Assembly (NCBI GenBank): GCA_033442325.1
Contig: JAWQFM010000009.1
Location: forward strand, 863,729 to 927,728
Direction: 5' to 3'
DNA: 64,000 nt
Origin: Salpingoeca rosetta
Lineage: Eukaryota; Protista; Choanoflagellata
The notes under the pieces are model-generated. The model was not told the DNA's origin and searched no databases. It saw only the letters and a program-made list of their open reading frames with translations. This document shows positions 45,502 to 59,454 of this stretch, in pieces (within the stretch, counting starts at the first letter, position 1; every line of letters starts with the position of its first letter). Both the position numbers and the translations under genes were made by a program.

Positions 45502-47894
45502 ATGGTGTCGCCACCATCGCCACCGCCTCTCGGGTCGTCCTCCAAGCGGCTCTCCCGCAGCAAGGTGCTGGGCTTGAGCAGGTTCCCACGCCACCGGCTG
45601 GTTGCAGATGTGCTAAGGCCTCGTGCGGAAGCCAGGTCGCCTTCAGCCACCAGTACCACCAGCAGCAAGCATGGCAGAAGGCGCAGAAACATGGCCGTTA
45701 ATGCACGGCCACGCAAACCATCAGCGACAGCACCACCACCACCACCAGAAGCAAACACATCCTCCTCCTCCTCCTCCTCCTCCTCCTCCTCCTCCTCCTC
45801 CTCCTCATCATCATCATCATCAACACGGACAGGCCCACCGCCACGGTCGAAGAGCGACGGCGCAAGCAGCGACAGCAGCATGCGTGGTGGAGCGCTATCT
45901 CCAAAGCGGGCACGGTCCATGACCGACATCTACACCAGCACACCCAGGCCCAACTCCACGGCTTCCGACTTCACCGCAAATGCAAGTCGTGGCGGCACTA
46001 ACATCACCACCGACATCACCACCAAGAGCAGTACAAGAGGTTCTGGTCCACGGCTGCGCTTGTTCAAGAAGCCATGGTTGAAGCAAATCATGGCCACACT
46101 CCATGCCGACATCGTCACCCGGCAGGCGGCAGACCGCCGCGGCGTGTCACTTCGACAGACGCTGGGCGCGCGATCACGCACGCGCGAGCCGCCAGCAGAA
46201 GGGACGCTGGCGGCAGAGATGGCGCGAAGCTTGGCGCAGCACCACTTCATGTTCAAGCGACAGCAACTGCGACGGCTGCAGGCCATGAAGGAAGAGCTGC
46301 AACGACAAACGAGTGCACAACACCGCTCCCCACGCGAACACAATGACCAGCAGCAAGAGAATACAACCCCACAACAACAACAACAACAACAACACCCATC
46401 AGCCATAACATCGTCATCGTCGTCGTCTTCAGCACGCGGCACTGTCGCCACGGCGCTGGATGGCGGTGAGAGTTCGCGCCACTTTGAACGGCTGCGGTCG
46501 CTGTGGATTGACTATCTCTCTGCAGAGTCGGACCAGTCCCATCTGGAGACTGCCGCGTGCGCGTGGACGTTGAGCGTGCTCCTGCAGCACTTTGATGAGA
46601 GTCGCTTTGACTTCTTTGAGATGCCACCAAGCATCGTGAACGGCGGCGTGCGCACGCGCGTGAGGAATGCCCTTGAGCGGGTGGTGACGTCTCTGGCCAA
46701 CTGGCGCGCGTCCAGGTTTGAGGAGGAGCCCTGTCTTGCGCAGGTCCTGACGCGTGAGCCGAGCGAATCAGACTGCCGTCTCCTCATCGACGCCGTCGTC
46801 ACAAACATCTGCAAGGTGAGCGTGCGTACATTTGCGTTTGTGTGGGGTTGTGCGCCAACACGTGTGGTGTTTGAGGAGGGAACTCGAACCGCAAGCTGTA
46901 ACAAACAGCACTATCGCCAAATCGACAAAGTCGCTTGCGCTCATCCTCTCCGTATCCCATTTCTTCTTTCCACCAACTTAATCCCACTCAACCACCACCA
47001 CCACCACCACCACCACCACCACCACCACCACCACCACCACCACCACAGGCGGCGGGGCTGTCGTTCCGGTGCGAGCGAAGCGTGTTCTCCGTGTACATGC
47101 CGCGCAACCGCCCCGATTACCTCTTCTACGACAAAGACAACACCCCGTGCGGCCTACTGGAGGCAAAGCGCATCGACCTCAGGCACGGCTTTGTGCAGGC
47201 GTGTGTGCAGCTGCTGTGCTTGCAGGGAATTGTGCCTGCACGCAAGTCGCGGCCGCTGTTTGCCGTTGTCTCGGACGGCTTTCGCTACATGCTGCTCGTG
47301 CTCACAGCGCAGCGGCTGTGGGTGGAGGGGCCAGCCGTGTACCGCGCAAAGACGTGGGATGCTCTGTGGCACATCTGCGGCAAGCTGCTTGCGGTGATGC
47401 AGCACAGGCTCCCGGAGGGACTGCTGACGTCACAACGTGTGTGCGGTGACCTGGATGCGCAGACCGGCACAACATCAGGCACACGCGCACACGCGAATGC
47501 CAGGAGGAAGAAAGCGGGGGATGGAAGGGGTTCATCGCCCGCAAGTGTTGGAGCGACAGCAACGGAGAGGAGCAGCCGCAGTAATCATGAGATGCCTTCA
47601 AGCAGAGGCAACGAACAGGGTGATGGTGATGATGGTGGTGATGGTGGTGGTGGTGGTGACAACGGTGACGATGGGGGTGGTGTGGGCACTGTATCTGATA
47701 CTGAGGCTCGCAGCTACTGCTTTCGGTTGTTCAAGCGAGACTTGTCACCGTGTAAGGTACAAATACAGATAGGCTTCGCTCTCGAGGCGTGTGTATGCGT
47801 GTGCGTGTGTGTGCGTATTGTGCGTGTTGTGTGTGTTTCTGCTGTTGTATCGACGACGTGTTTTCTCTGATGCATGTGATTGTCTCACCCCAGT

Positions 47895-47927
<33 letters not shown>

Positions 47928-50512
47928 ACCTGCGAACACGCCTCCATCAGTGTCAACGCGTTCAGTCGCGCTGCCCTGCCGGGAAATGTGTGACTGCGCT
48001 CTCAACCAAGTTCGCACCCACGGTACGTCGATGTACACCTGCTTGGAGCATGCGTGGTGTGTGTATGTGTGTGTATGTGTGTGTATGTGTGTGTATGTGT
48101 GTGTATGTGTGTGTATGTGTGTGTATGTGTGTGTATGTGTGTGTATGTGTGTGTATGTGTGTGTATGTGTGTGTATGTGTGTGTATGTGTGTGTATGTGT
48201 GTGTATGTGTGTGTATGTGTGTGTATGTGTGTCTGTGTGTGTGTGTGTCTGTGTGCGCGCGCTTGTGTGTGTGTGTGTGTGGGTATGTAGTGGCTTCACC
48301 TTGTCATGTCTTGATGCTCTCACCCATACTTGGGGGTTATGCCGCTGTTCTCTCTCTCTCTCTCTCTGTCTCGTGCGTACACGATACTCAACAGAGCAAA
48401 GGGGAGCCAGAGAACGAGGGCGCTGTGGAGGAGGGGAGTGCAACGCTGAACGTCGCTGGCGATACGCAGCCGCTCGTCGACACAGACCAGCCAGCCGTCA
48501 TCACCGCTCACAGTCACGGCGACCACGACACTGGTGGTGGTGATGGTGCTGAAGAACCAGCCTCTGGGCACCGGCAGCAGAGGAAGAAACCGCCCCTCAA
48601 ACGCACCAACGCGACCGTTGTGCACACGCGCACCACCCATCCTCTCCCCAAATCATCACGAATCTGGTCATCATCAGAAACAGCACCAGCACCAGGAGAA
48701 TCAAGACCGGTGCCAGCGTCGACATCAAAACAACCAGCACCATCACTGTCATCATCATCATCATCGTCGTCGTCGTCGTCGTCATCATCATCATCATCAA
48801 TGCCTGGCGGCGACAAGGTGGCGGGTCTGACGTGCCCTCGAAGCAGCTGCACAGCAGCAGCACCAAGGAGTGTCACCACGACCACTGCGACCACCACCAC
48901 CATTGCGAAGATGAAGCCGACGGTGACAATGGCGCGCGGGCGTGCTGCGCAGTACAAACGGACGAACGAGGACCTTCTGCGGCTCCTCGGCGGTGTTGGG
49001 GAAGCATTGCCGTCTCCGCCAAAGGACGTGCCCACCACACCGATCGCAGCCACGAGCAGCACCACATCCACGACCACGACCACCACTCCCGTTGTGGCGG
49101 CAGTGGACCCTTCGGCAGTAGAGGTGGATGTTGCTGTCGGTGGCGGCGGTGGAAAGACGACGACGACGGCTTCATCACAGGCGTCCTTGCACACATCATG
49201 CGATGCACCTGCGCTACCAGCAGCATGCCTCTCGTCCTGTCGACGACCACCTTCGAAACCACCGCCCCTGGTATCGTCGTCGCCATCATCAGGCTCCCCA
49301 CCACCGTTATCGCGACTGTCGAGTATGTCATCGCATGCCCCGACCAGCACGGCGCCAACGCAAACACAGCTGGCAGGCAGCGGCAATGTGCTGGCGCAGC
49401 TGCAGCCAGTGAGCGCAAGTGGCAGGGGGCAGACGAAGGAGGCCACGGCAGCAGCTGATGTGTTGGATGTGGCGGCCATCGACGCTGACGTTGGCGGAGG
49501 TGATGACGGGGATGGGGACAGGACCGGGAAGAAGAGAAAGGGCGGTGTGGCTGTGATGAAGAATCAGTCCTCCACGAGCGAGTGGTGGTGCGCTTCTCTC
49601 CAACAGCGACAACAGCACCAACAGCACCAGCAGCACCAGCAGCACCAACAGCGACAACAGCACCAACAGCACCAACAGCACCAACAGCGCCAACAGCGCC
49701 AACACCACAACTATCGCGGCACTGCCACAGCAGCCCATGTTGAAGGCCGTGATGATGGTGGCGATGATGATGATTGTGATGCTGGCGAGCGGCGGTTGTG
49801 GGATGGTGCTCGGGCGGCGCTCGACCGACAGTTGCCGCGTGGCGGGGATGGGCGGCGAAAGTGCATTCGTGGGCGCTGGCTGGCGGTGTGGGCGCCAACG
49901 GAGGACACACGCCAGCACCGATACGACCACAGCGACGGGGGCGGGCGAAGTGGTGGTGTTGGTGGTGTTGGTGGCGATGGTGGTGTTGGTGGCGATGGTG
50001 TGGTGACAGGGACGACGACGACGACGACGACGGCAACGACGACGGGTGGGAGCGGGTGGTGGTCGGCGCTGATGCGTGCAGTTCGGCAGGATGGCACGTT
50101 GTCGCGCCACAACGCCAGCGTTGCCCAGCTTGCCGACAGCATCGCAGCGGCGCGGGGGCGGGGGTGGCTGGAGCTGCTTGAGCACCTGCAAGAGGCGTTG
50201 GTCCTTGTGCAGGCGGAGTGCGACTCGTTGGAGTGGAGCGATGCTGGCGCGTGTGTGCTCTCTGTGTACTGCGACACAGACGATTGCGTGGCTGTTGGCA
50301 GGCGACTGCGCCGCGTGCTCCAGTCCTTGCACAGCCTCGCACATGGCCGTGATGCTGAGGACGACGACGACGACAACAACAACAGCAACAACTGTGATGA
50401 ACGTGGTGGTGGTGGTGGTGACGCTGTGCCTGTTCCCAACATTGTCTTTGTGGCCAGACACCCGCCACACATCTTTCTATCTATTCCTGTTCCCGTAACC
50501 ACCAGCAGCTAA
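45502..50512 (+). CDS. Large protein with central PD-(D/E)XK restriction-endonuclease-like domain and putative C-terminal eIF4E/BLES03-like domain; exons 45502-46815, 47049-47756, 48395-50512
   Basis: Two phase-0 GT-AG introns join three long ORFs; SESDCRLLIDAVV..K|AAGLSFRCE..RPDYLF..GLLEAK..FVQACVQL..LFAVVSDGFRY; C-terminal GRWLAVW..WWSALMRAV..VLSVYCD..VAVGRRLRRVL..IVFVARH. Confidence 0.7.
48057..48232 (+). repeat. Compound (GTGTGTAT/GTGTGTGTAT)n repeat in intron 2 of the REase-like gene
   Basis: Directly visible. Confidence 0.92.
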
Positions 50513-50868
50513 GCCTTTGCCGTTGCTGTCTTGCCTTGCTTGCTTGCTGTCTTCCTTGACTTACTTGTGACACTTGTATTTATTCTTTCTATTGTCCATT
50601 GCATGCGTGTGCTTCCCTGCCTGCGCGCGTGTGCGTGTGCGTGTGCGTGTGCGTGTACGCGCCAGTCGAGTACATAAGATCACACGGGAACCTCCCAACA
50701 GAGATTGCAGGTGGATGATGCCCGCCTGTCACTTCAACACAATCCACCATTATTTTGTCTTAACCTTTCTTGCTTACTTGCTTGTGTATGTCTGTTTTCA
50801 TTCCTCTCCCACAACGACAACTTCGAAAGAGAGCAAACACGCACGCACACATCGACATGGATGGTTGG

Positions 50869-51064
50869 TTATGTGTAGAGGTCAAAGTCGATGCGACTGG
50901 AGTGGTAGAACTTGGCATTGCGGCCCTGTGCACATGTAGGGAAGAAGAGAGGCAGGTGAGCAGGTGGGACAGGACAGGTTGGCGTGATTACACCACGCGC
51001 GTGGTGTCCACAAATGTTGTGTCCACAACCATCAACATGGCCCTTGCACACTTCAAGAATCCTC

Positions 51065-51152
<88 letters not shown>

Positions 51153-51393
51153 ACACACACACATGCACACACACATGCACACCTTCTTGAGCTGGCGAGC
51201 CCACACGCCTGACTTGAAGAAGCCGGCCTCCTGCCAGTCTGCCATCTGCTGCGCCGTGAAGGGGCCGTACACCTCCGCATCCTCGTCCTCACTCCACTGT
51301 ACGTGTTGTGTGTATGTGTGTGATGATCATGAGCACAGCACGTACGTGCACAATGCACATACACACACACACTCTCACGTACATACTACGTAC

Positions 51394-51439
<46 letters not shown>

Positions 51440-51968
51440 GTGTCTCCACCTTGTATTCGAAAGTGGCGACGTCCTTCTCCTTGATTTCGTGCACAAGCTT
51501 CTCGTACGTGTCCTAAGCACAACACAGCAGCGACAAGCACATGTGTCAATCGCAGCAGCGTGGATCACGGGACCAGCACGTTTTTACACAGCCCCGTGCG
51601 CGCACACACACATACACACGAATACACACACACTGGCTTGTATGCACGCACACACACGCACACACACGCACACACTGGCATGTATGCACACCCCCATACA
51701 CACACGCACACATTCCCATATTCCCACCTCGTAGATGGTGAATACGCCGTCCTGCATGAGCTGGTCCGCCAACTCAATCAGCCGCGTCAGGTCCTTGCCC
51801 TGCACCCATCAACCAATTCGATGCAGTCGAAGGGGGGGGGGGGAGGATGTGAGGAATAAAGGGGAGGGGAAGAGGCATGTATGGATGTGAACCCACTCAC
51901 GTACGTATGTGCGCATGCACGAAGCATAACCACACAAACACAGACACACAGACAGACACACACACACA

Positions 51969-52029
<61 letters not shown>

Positions 52030-53617
52030 AACGGAACACCGTGCGTACCGCCTTCTCGCGGGCCGCCTTTGCTTTGTCTTCGTCGCCACCAGCACTCCCT
52101 GCCGTGTCGCTGCCCGCTGCTTCCTTCTTCTTCTGCCTGAATGTCTGGCGCGAGGGCTTGCTCTCTGCATCGAGCCGCCGTATTGCCTGATGTGCACACA
52201 CCACCAGTACCGTGAGGCAAGGGAATGCACAATGATGACGTCTATGTCTGTAAGTGTCTGTCCGTCTGTCTGTTTGTATGTGTGTGTGTGTGTCTGTATG
52301 TGTCTGTCTGCTTGTATGTGTGAAGGTCCTGTGTTCACACGCGCAGAAGACACGGCGACAAGAACACAACTGTACATGCAGACGTGCATAGGAACATGCA
52401 CACACATACCGCGTTGACGGTCTCGTGTTCGCGCATGTATGTGAGCATCTCCTCCATGACTTTGAAGCGGTCGATGTCAGCCTCCTTGCCATCATCATCA
52501 CCATCGTCGTCCTCGCCTTCCTTCACCTGGTGATTGGCGGAACAGGCAACGTGCATGGAGTAGGAGTCAAGTGACAGTTGCAACAATGTACGAACACACA
52601 CACACACACACATATTCATTGGCCTTTGCATGTGCACGCACAAGTACGCACCGGGCCCTTGTAGACCTCGACACCCTCCAGCCACGCATCCCCAGCATGA
52701 TCCTCATCCTTCTTGAAGTGGAATGCGCCTTGCTCATCAAAGTGCCTGCACACGAGGGATTCATCCACATTGTGCGTGTGTGTGTGTGCGCGCGTGTGTG
52801 TTTGCGTGAACTATAGGGTGCGTGTAGCGTGTCAAAACAAGCGGCTATTGCCAATGTCACCAAATGCAATGCACTGTGGCACACTCGGTGTCATCACGTA
52901 CCCTTCCTCCATCTCTTCTTCCAGGTTGAAGCCTGTGATGGTGTACCCTCCGTTTTGAAACTGAGTGTACATGCGCGCAGTTGCAGTGGTGAGTGAGTGT
53001 CCTCACGAACAGCGTCAATGCGTACATGTGCGTATCATGTATGCGCACAAGCTGTTGGTATGTGTGTGCGTGTGTGTGTGTGTATGAAGGGCTCACCTCT
53101 TCGTCGGTCTTCTCGTGCATGTCTTCTTCTGTGAGCTCGTACTTGTTGGATGGTTCCTTCTCCTCCTCATCTTCCTCGTCGCTCTCCAGCGTGTGTGCGT
53201 CGCCGGTTGTGTCCCGCTCGCGCGCCCGCAGCAGAGCTGGTGCAAGCCCGACAACCACAACACACAGAACCCACGACCGTGAGCTTGCAGCAGCCGCGCA
53301 ATGTAGCGCTTCGAGTGCACCCATATGTGCACACACAGGTTGTAAACACGCATGCACACGCATGTTCACTCACTCGCACACAGACACAGACACAGACACG
53401 CACCGTTGCTGCGTTCCTCAGGGCTGATGTTGTCCCATGTGTTCTCGCCTCCTCCTTCTTCTTGCTGCTGTTGCACCAGCATCTCCTCCACCACTACCGT
53501 GGTGCTGTCAAGGCCTTCCCCTTGCTGCTGCTGTCTTCTCCTCTCCTGCGTCTTTGCCCGCTTCGTCGGCGCACCACCACCCGGTGGGCCCCTCTCCTTC
53601 CTCCGTCGATCAGCCAT
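50869..53617 (-). CDS. CD2BP2: CD2BP2/U5-52K (Snu40/Lin1) GYF-domain spliceosomal protein, multi-exon
   Basis: HTLESDEEDEE, GYTITGFNLEEEMEEG, MREHETVNA|AIRRL, LIELADQLMQDG..IYE|DTYEKL, GYF domain YGPFTAQQMADWQEAGFF and terminal FYHSSRIDFDLYT*. Confidence 0.92.
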
Positions 53618-53852
53618 CCTCCTTGATCCTTCCCTTGCTTGCTTGCTTCAGCTCGTTGCGATGCGGTCGTTCCAGTGTGTGTGCGTGTTGTTGTTGTTGT
53701 TGTTGTTTTGTTGGTGAAAACGATAAAAACAAGAAGCAAGCAAGAAGCAAGCAGCAACAAGCAAACAAAGCAACAAGCAAAGGCAAGCACATAGCACGCA
53801 CACAAACAACCACACAGCACGAACCCTCCTCCCATTCGACACTCCCGTCAGC

Positions 53853-55090
53853 ATGTTCCGGTTGCGGTCGCGGCCGTCTGCGGTGCAGGCGTCGTCGCTG
53901 GTGCCGGCGGAGATGCAGCAGTCAATCAAGGACTACAGGCGCATGGAGGCGACGATGCAGGCGATACTCAAGGCGTGCAAGGCGTATCTGGGGGCGATTG
54001 ATGTCATGAACAAGGCGCGAACGCGGTTGCGCGACAACCTCAACGACATCGCGCTGTTCAAGCAGCCGAAGGACGAGGTCGGGGCGCCGAGCCAGGGCGA
54101 GATTGAGAAGATGAAGCGGGTGGCGGAGGGCATTGTCTTCCTCGGGACGCATCGCCTCAGCGACCAGATCAAGCGCACGTTGCACGACCCGCTCAAGAAG
54201 TTTGTGAAGATCTTTCCCAACGTCAACGACTGCATCAAACACTACGAGAAGGTTGCGAGCGACTGCGAGAAGGCCAAGGACAAGTACGCCAAGCTCACCA
54301 ACTCGTCTTCTTCCGACAGCAGCAAGATTGACAAGGTATATGAGCATGAATGTGAGTGAGTGTGAGTGAGTGTGAGTGAGTGCATGTATTTACATGTGTG
54401 AGTGTGAGTGCATGTGTGTGTGCATGTGTGTGTGTGTGTGCATGTGTGTGTGTGTGCATGTGTGTGTGTGTGCATGCGTGTGTGTATGTACGAGTGCGTG
54501 TGTGCGCATGCGTGGAGTGGTCGTTTGGATGAACATGCGTCGCCGTACAGCGAACCCCGTGAAGCGAGCCTCGTGGATTCTTGCTGAGCTGTGCTCATGC
54601 ATGCTGTCTTTCTTTCTGTATGTGTTGTGCGTGCGCGTGTGTGCTTCGTTAGGCAAAAGCGCAGAAGATCAAGGCCGAACAGGCGTGGAGCAACGAGAAC
54701 GAGTACTTGCCAGAGGTATATTGCACTGTGTATGCACGTGTGCGTGCGTGTAAATGTGTGTGTGTATGTGTGTGCATGTGCGTTTGTGTGTTTCGTTGTG
54801 GATGTGTGTACGTTCTTGTACTCCCCCTCCTGCTTCTCCATGCACAGCCCCAACGCTCATGCTCCCTCCTCCTCCTCCTCCACCACCACCAACATTCCCC
54901 CGCCGCAAACATCCAACTGCCAGGAGCTGCCGCTGCTGTACGAGCTGCGGTTGAACTTCTTTGAGCCGTCGTTGGCGGCGCTGGCCGGTTCGCAGAAGCA
55001 GTATCTTGAAGGCCTTACCGACACCCTTGAGGCGTTCTTCGACCAAGTCGCGGTGCGAATGTGTGTGTGTGTGCTTGTGTGTGTGTGTGC

Positions 55091-55160
<70 letters not shown>

Positions 55161-55412
55161 CGTTCATGCCTGACAATGTATCTGACGGCTTGCCGACCAA
55201 CGCACCCCTCTGCCTATGCACCCCTCTGCCTATGCACCTCCCTCTTGTTGATGTTCGAACCTCCATCCCCTCCATTTCGTTGATCCCCCGTCCCACCTCA
55301 TGCCACTTCACGCGGTTCCTATTGCTTCGGCGTGCAGGCGACGGACGAGGAGTACCTGCAGGAGATTGACACGTACTTTGCCGAGCTGCAACAGCTCTCC
55401 ATAACCGAGTAA
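53853..55412 (+). CDS. BIN3: BAR-domain protein, BIN3/Rvs161-like, 4 exons
   Basis: DPLKKFVKIFPNVNDCIK, NEYLPE|ELPLLYELRLNFFEPSLAAL and short C-terminal AELQQLSITE*; BAR-only architecture without SH3. Confidence 0.78.
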
Positions 55413-56058
55413 CAACCCACCCGCCTTCCACGACCAACACGCCATCAGTTCATCATCAATCTCAACCAGCCACCACCAGCAGCCACCCATCGCTACTTAT
55501 CTCGTGTCATCATTGCGCCCGCAAGCCGTTCCACTTCTCGTTACACAGACTGGTTCTCCTCCTTGCTATTCCGCTGCTGTTACATTTGTTCTTCACGTGC
55601 ATGCATGTGTGCGTGCGTTTGTGTGTATGTGTATGTGTATGTGTGTATGTGTGTGTGTATGTGTATGTGTGTATGTGTGTGTGTATGTGTATGTGTGTGT
55701 ATGTGTATGTGTGTATGTGTGTATGTGTGTGTATGTGTATGTGTGTATGTGTGTGTGTGTATGTGTATGTGTGTGTATGTATGTGTATGGGCGTTGAGTT
55801 GTGGTGTTTGTGCGTATGCGACAATGCTGGCGTTGCACCATGCGTTTCCGTGTCTGTGGTGCGCATGTTGGAAACACCAAAATACAATTGCAACACTATC
55901 ATCACAACAGGCCCCATTATGGCTTCATGCTTCATGCTTTTACTGCTATTGTGAATTTCGTTACACGTGCATGTGCATACAAGAGTTGATATGTAACAAT
56001 GGCCACATATGTCACGCACACGTATGTGTGCGTGAACACGTGGTGGGAGAATGGAGGG

Positions 56059-56062
56059 GTTG

Positions 56063-56160
<98 letters not shown>
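56059..56160 (+). repeat. (GTT)n-(GCT)n-(GTT)n compound trinucleotide repeat just 3' of the DHHC stop
   Basis: Directly visible. Confidence 0.93.
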
Positions 56161-56192
56161 GGGGTGGTGATGCGCACACAGCATACAGCGTG

Positions 56193-56768
56193 CTACTCAC
56201 TATGTTGTAACTCAATCAATGGCTTGTTCTCCATCCCAGCATCTTCATTGCTGTGCAAACCCACTGCACCAACATCACCCCCACGCCCATCTTTGTCATC
56301 ACCACCATCATCACCATCATCATCATTGCCAGCACTACCATCGCCACCCCCACGCCCATCTTCGTCATCATGATGATGATGATCATCATCATCGTCGTCG
56401 TCGTACACGCTCCCCACCTCGTCGTCCTCCTCCCCCTGGTATTCGGCGGCAATGCCAAACGCGTCCCGTCCGTCCACACCAGACGCGCTGCTCCCAGCAG
56501 CATCATCGGGCTCCTGGTGATGTTGGGGGGGGGGGGATGGTGATGATGGACGGATGGATGGTGACAGTGGTAGTTGTGGTGAGCGAAAGAGAGACAGAGG
56601 ACTGGGCACAAGTAGAGTGTGAAAACATGCCGTGGGTGGGGTGCGGAGGGCGTGGCATAACATGGTCTCACCAGGTTGTACGGGTCGTACGAGTGGCCGT
56701 CTGCTCCCAGTTCCTCATCAACATCAACCTGGAACTGGTGCCCATCCCCAATGCTGCGCCGCCAGATG

Positions 56769-56865
<97 letters not shown>

Positions 56866-56987
56866 TTGTGATTTGGTTGGTTGTTTGGTTGTTTGGTTGG
56901 TGGGTTGGCAGGCGGAACACACAGACACGTGCAGACACACAGACACGTGCAGACACACAGACACGTGCAGACACACAGACACGTGCA

Positions 56988-57052
<65 letters not shown>

Positions 57053-57315
57053 NNNNNNNNNNNNNNNNNNNNNNNNNNNNNNNNNNNNNNNNNNNNNNNN
57101 NNNNNNNNNNNNNNNNNNNNNNNNNNNNNNNNNNNNNNNNNNNNNNNNNNNNACACACATATACACACATACACGCACACATACATATATACTCGCGCTG
57201 ATTGGTGACGTATATTGAAACTCTTTTGTCTTTCTCACGGTTTTCTATAACAGTACAGATCGCACACGTGTCATTACCTAAATATATATATTTGTATATA
57301 TATCACATGTAGACC

Positions 57316-57378
<63 letters not shown>

Positions 57379-57591
57379 ATCGGGTCGCACCAACTGTTGT
57401 TTCGTTACGGCGGAGGAGATGGATGTGCATCGCAAACAAGCTGCCAACGCTGCACAGAGAGACATAGAGGCACACGCAGACGGCGCCGTGGACAGGGGTG
57501 TAAGAAGCATGGCACATCTGAAGCAAGTGCAATATACCACAAGGCACGAACACAGAGTCACACGGACAGAGAGACAGAGGGACAGACAAAG

Positions 57592-57653
<62 letters not shown>

Positions 57654-57658
57654 ACGCA

Positions 57659-57710
<52 letters not shown>

Positions 57711-57974
57711 GCCGGGGGTGACCTGAAGAGAAAGACGACGGCGATGAAGCACATGGCGGCCATGTGGATGCCGTGATCTGACGAAATCGACCCCTGCAGC
57801 GATGATGGCAATGGTGTTTGTGATGGTGATGAGGGTGACAAGGGCGATAGAACTACGCACAGGCAGGCGCTCGGGGTAACTTCGACATGTGCACACATTC
57901 ACATGCAGACAGACACACACACATACATACATACATACAGACATACAGAGAGACACATACAGAGACACGACACG

Positions 57975-58014
<40 letters not shown>

Positions 58015-58237
58015 CACGACATGGCACGGGATGCTGTCGTACGTTGACGTAGAGGATGAAGTATCGGGCGCTGGTGGCGGCGACGAAGATGAGAAAGAAG
58101 GTCGCATATGCAAGGAACTGGAAGAAAAACTTGTAGTTGTGAAACCCAACACAGTTGGCAACCCACTGCAAGAGAGAGCATGCGTAAATGAGTGCGTGTG
58201 TGAATGTGCACGTGTGTGTGTGTGTGTGTGTGAATGT

Positions 58238-58275
<38 letters not shown>

Positions 58276-59418
58276 CACATGACATACGTCGTGGGCGGAT
58301 GTTGGGTACCATGCACACACACACACATGCACAGATACATGTCAAGCACAGGTGCAATATCATTGTTGGAAGAGAAAGCACTCACTGGGCAGTGGTGGTC
58401 AAACTTGAGCACTGCACGTGCATCCGTTTCGTGGTGGCATGGACACGCGATCATATGCCATTGTGGCAGTCGAGGGAAGAGGGAATATGAGCGCAGTGAC
58501 GTAAACGCTTTCACAGCCTACATGCAGACAACCCTCACAGAGTCACTCACATACGCACACACACAGACACAAACACACAGACACACACAGACACGCACAG
58601 ACACACGCATGCACACACACGCATGCACAACACGCGACTAGCAAACGCGAGGACCAAACTTCACATGCATTCAATACAGCCGCAACATGATGCTGACCGC
58701 ATGCGCCGCAAATGGAGCAGTGGCGACAGCGGTCTGGCTTGATGATCTTGCATTTGGTACACAGCCGTAGCCCTTGCATTGCGCGGGAAAGCAAGTACAG
58801 GGGCAAGGTTGCATGGGCAGGTAAGTGGGAGCAGAGGCTAAGGGCACATGAATCGGTAAAACGCATGTAGATTCGCAGATACACACACAGCCACAGACAG
58901 ACAGACAGACACGCACACACACACACACAGACACAGACACAGAGCGCACACTCATGTCCCCACGCCCAACACATACTTCCGCTTCCGTCATGCATTTTGA
59001 TGGGCAGGTTCCTGTCTTTGAGGTCTGGGCACGGCTCGCCATGTGTCAACCGCCGAAACTCATGGTGCGAAAGCACAAACTAGAACAACAACAGCAGGCA
59101 CAGCCAAAAGCACAGGACAGGTGCGTGGGTGAGCGGGCGCTGTTGAGCGTGAACAGCAGATCAAGCCAAGCATCACCCACGCAAAGCCATGATGCTGCAT
59201 GCCACACAACACAAAGTGAGCGGTGCTTCGACCCACGCTCCGACCCAGCATACGACGTTGCAGGAGGCACATAATGCAAGGCCACCGACTTTGGATTGAA
59301 TCAAAGGCAACGGCTCAAAGACGGCGCGGTAGTATGGTGCCAAGAAGAGGAAGCTCAGCATGTGAAACGTGAGGCCATACACGGCCGCCACAAACACATT
59401 GTCAATCAACGTTCCTGG

Positions 59419-59454
<36 letters not shown>

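Noticed and set aside
48873-50468. Long antisense ORFs (also 41346-42608, 36115-37386, 60901-62544)
   Set aside because: Shadow ORFs opposite GC-rich coding exons; no recognisable domains.
45100-50700. REase-like gene as an autonomous transposon
   Set aside because: No terminal inverted repeats, LTRs, target-site duplication, RT or transposase motifs seen; ordinary host-type introns.
51185-51300. GFF instead of GYF in the CD2BP2 domain
   Set aside because: Conservative aromatic substitution; the rest of the signature (GPF..M..W) is intact.
58700-58770. DRCRHC instead of DRCHHC in the DHHC domain
   Set aside because: The zinc-ligand HC pair and the DHHC motif are retained; that position is variable.
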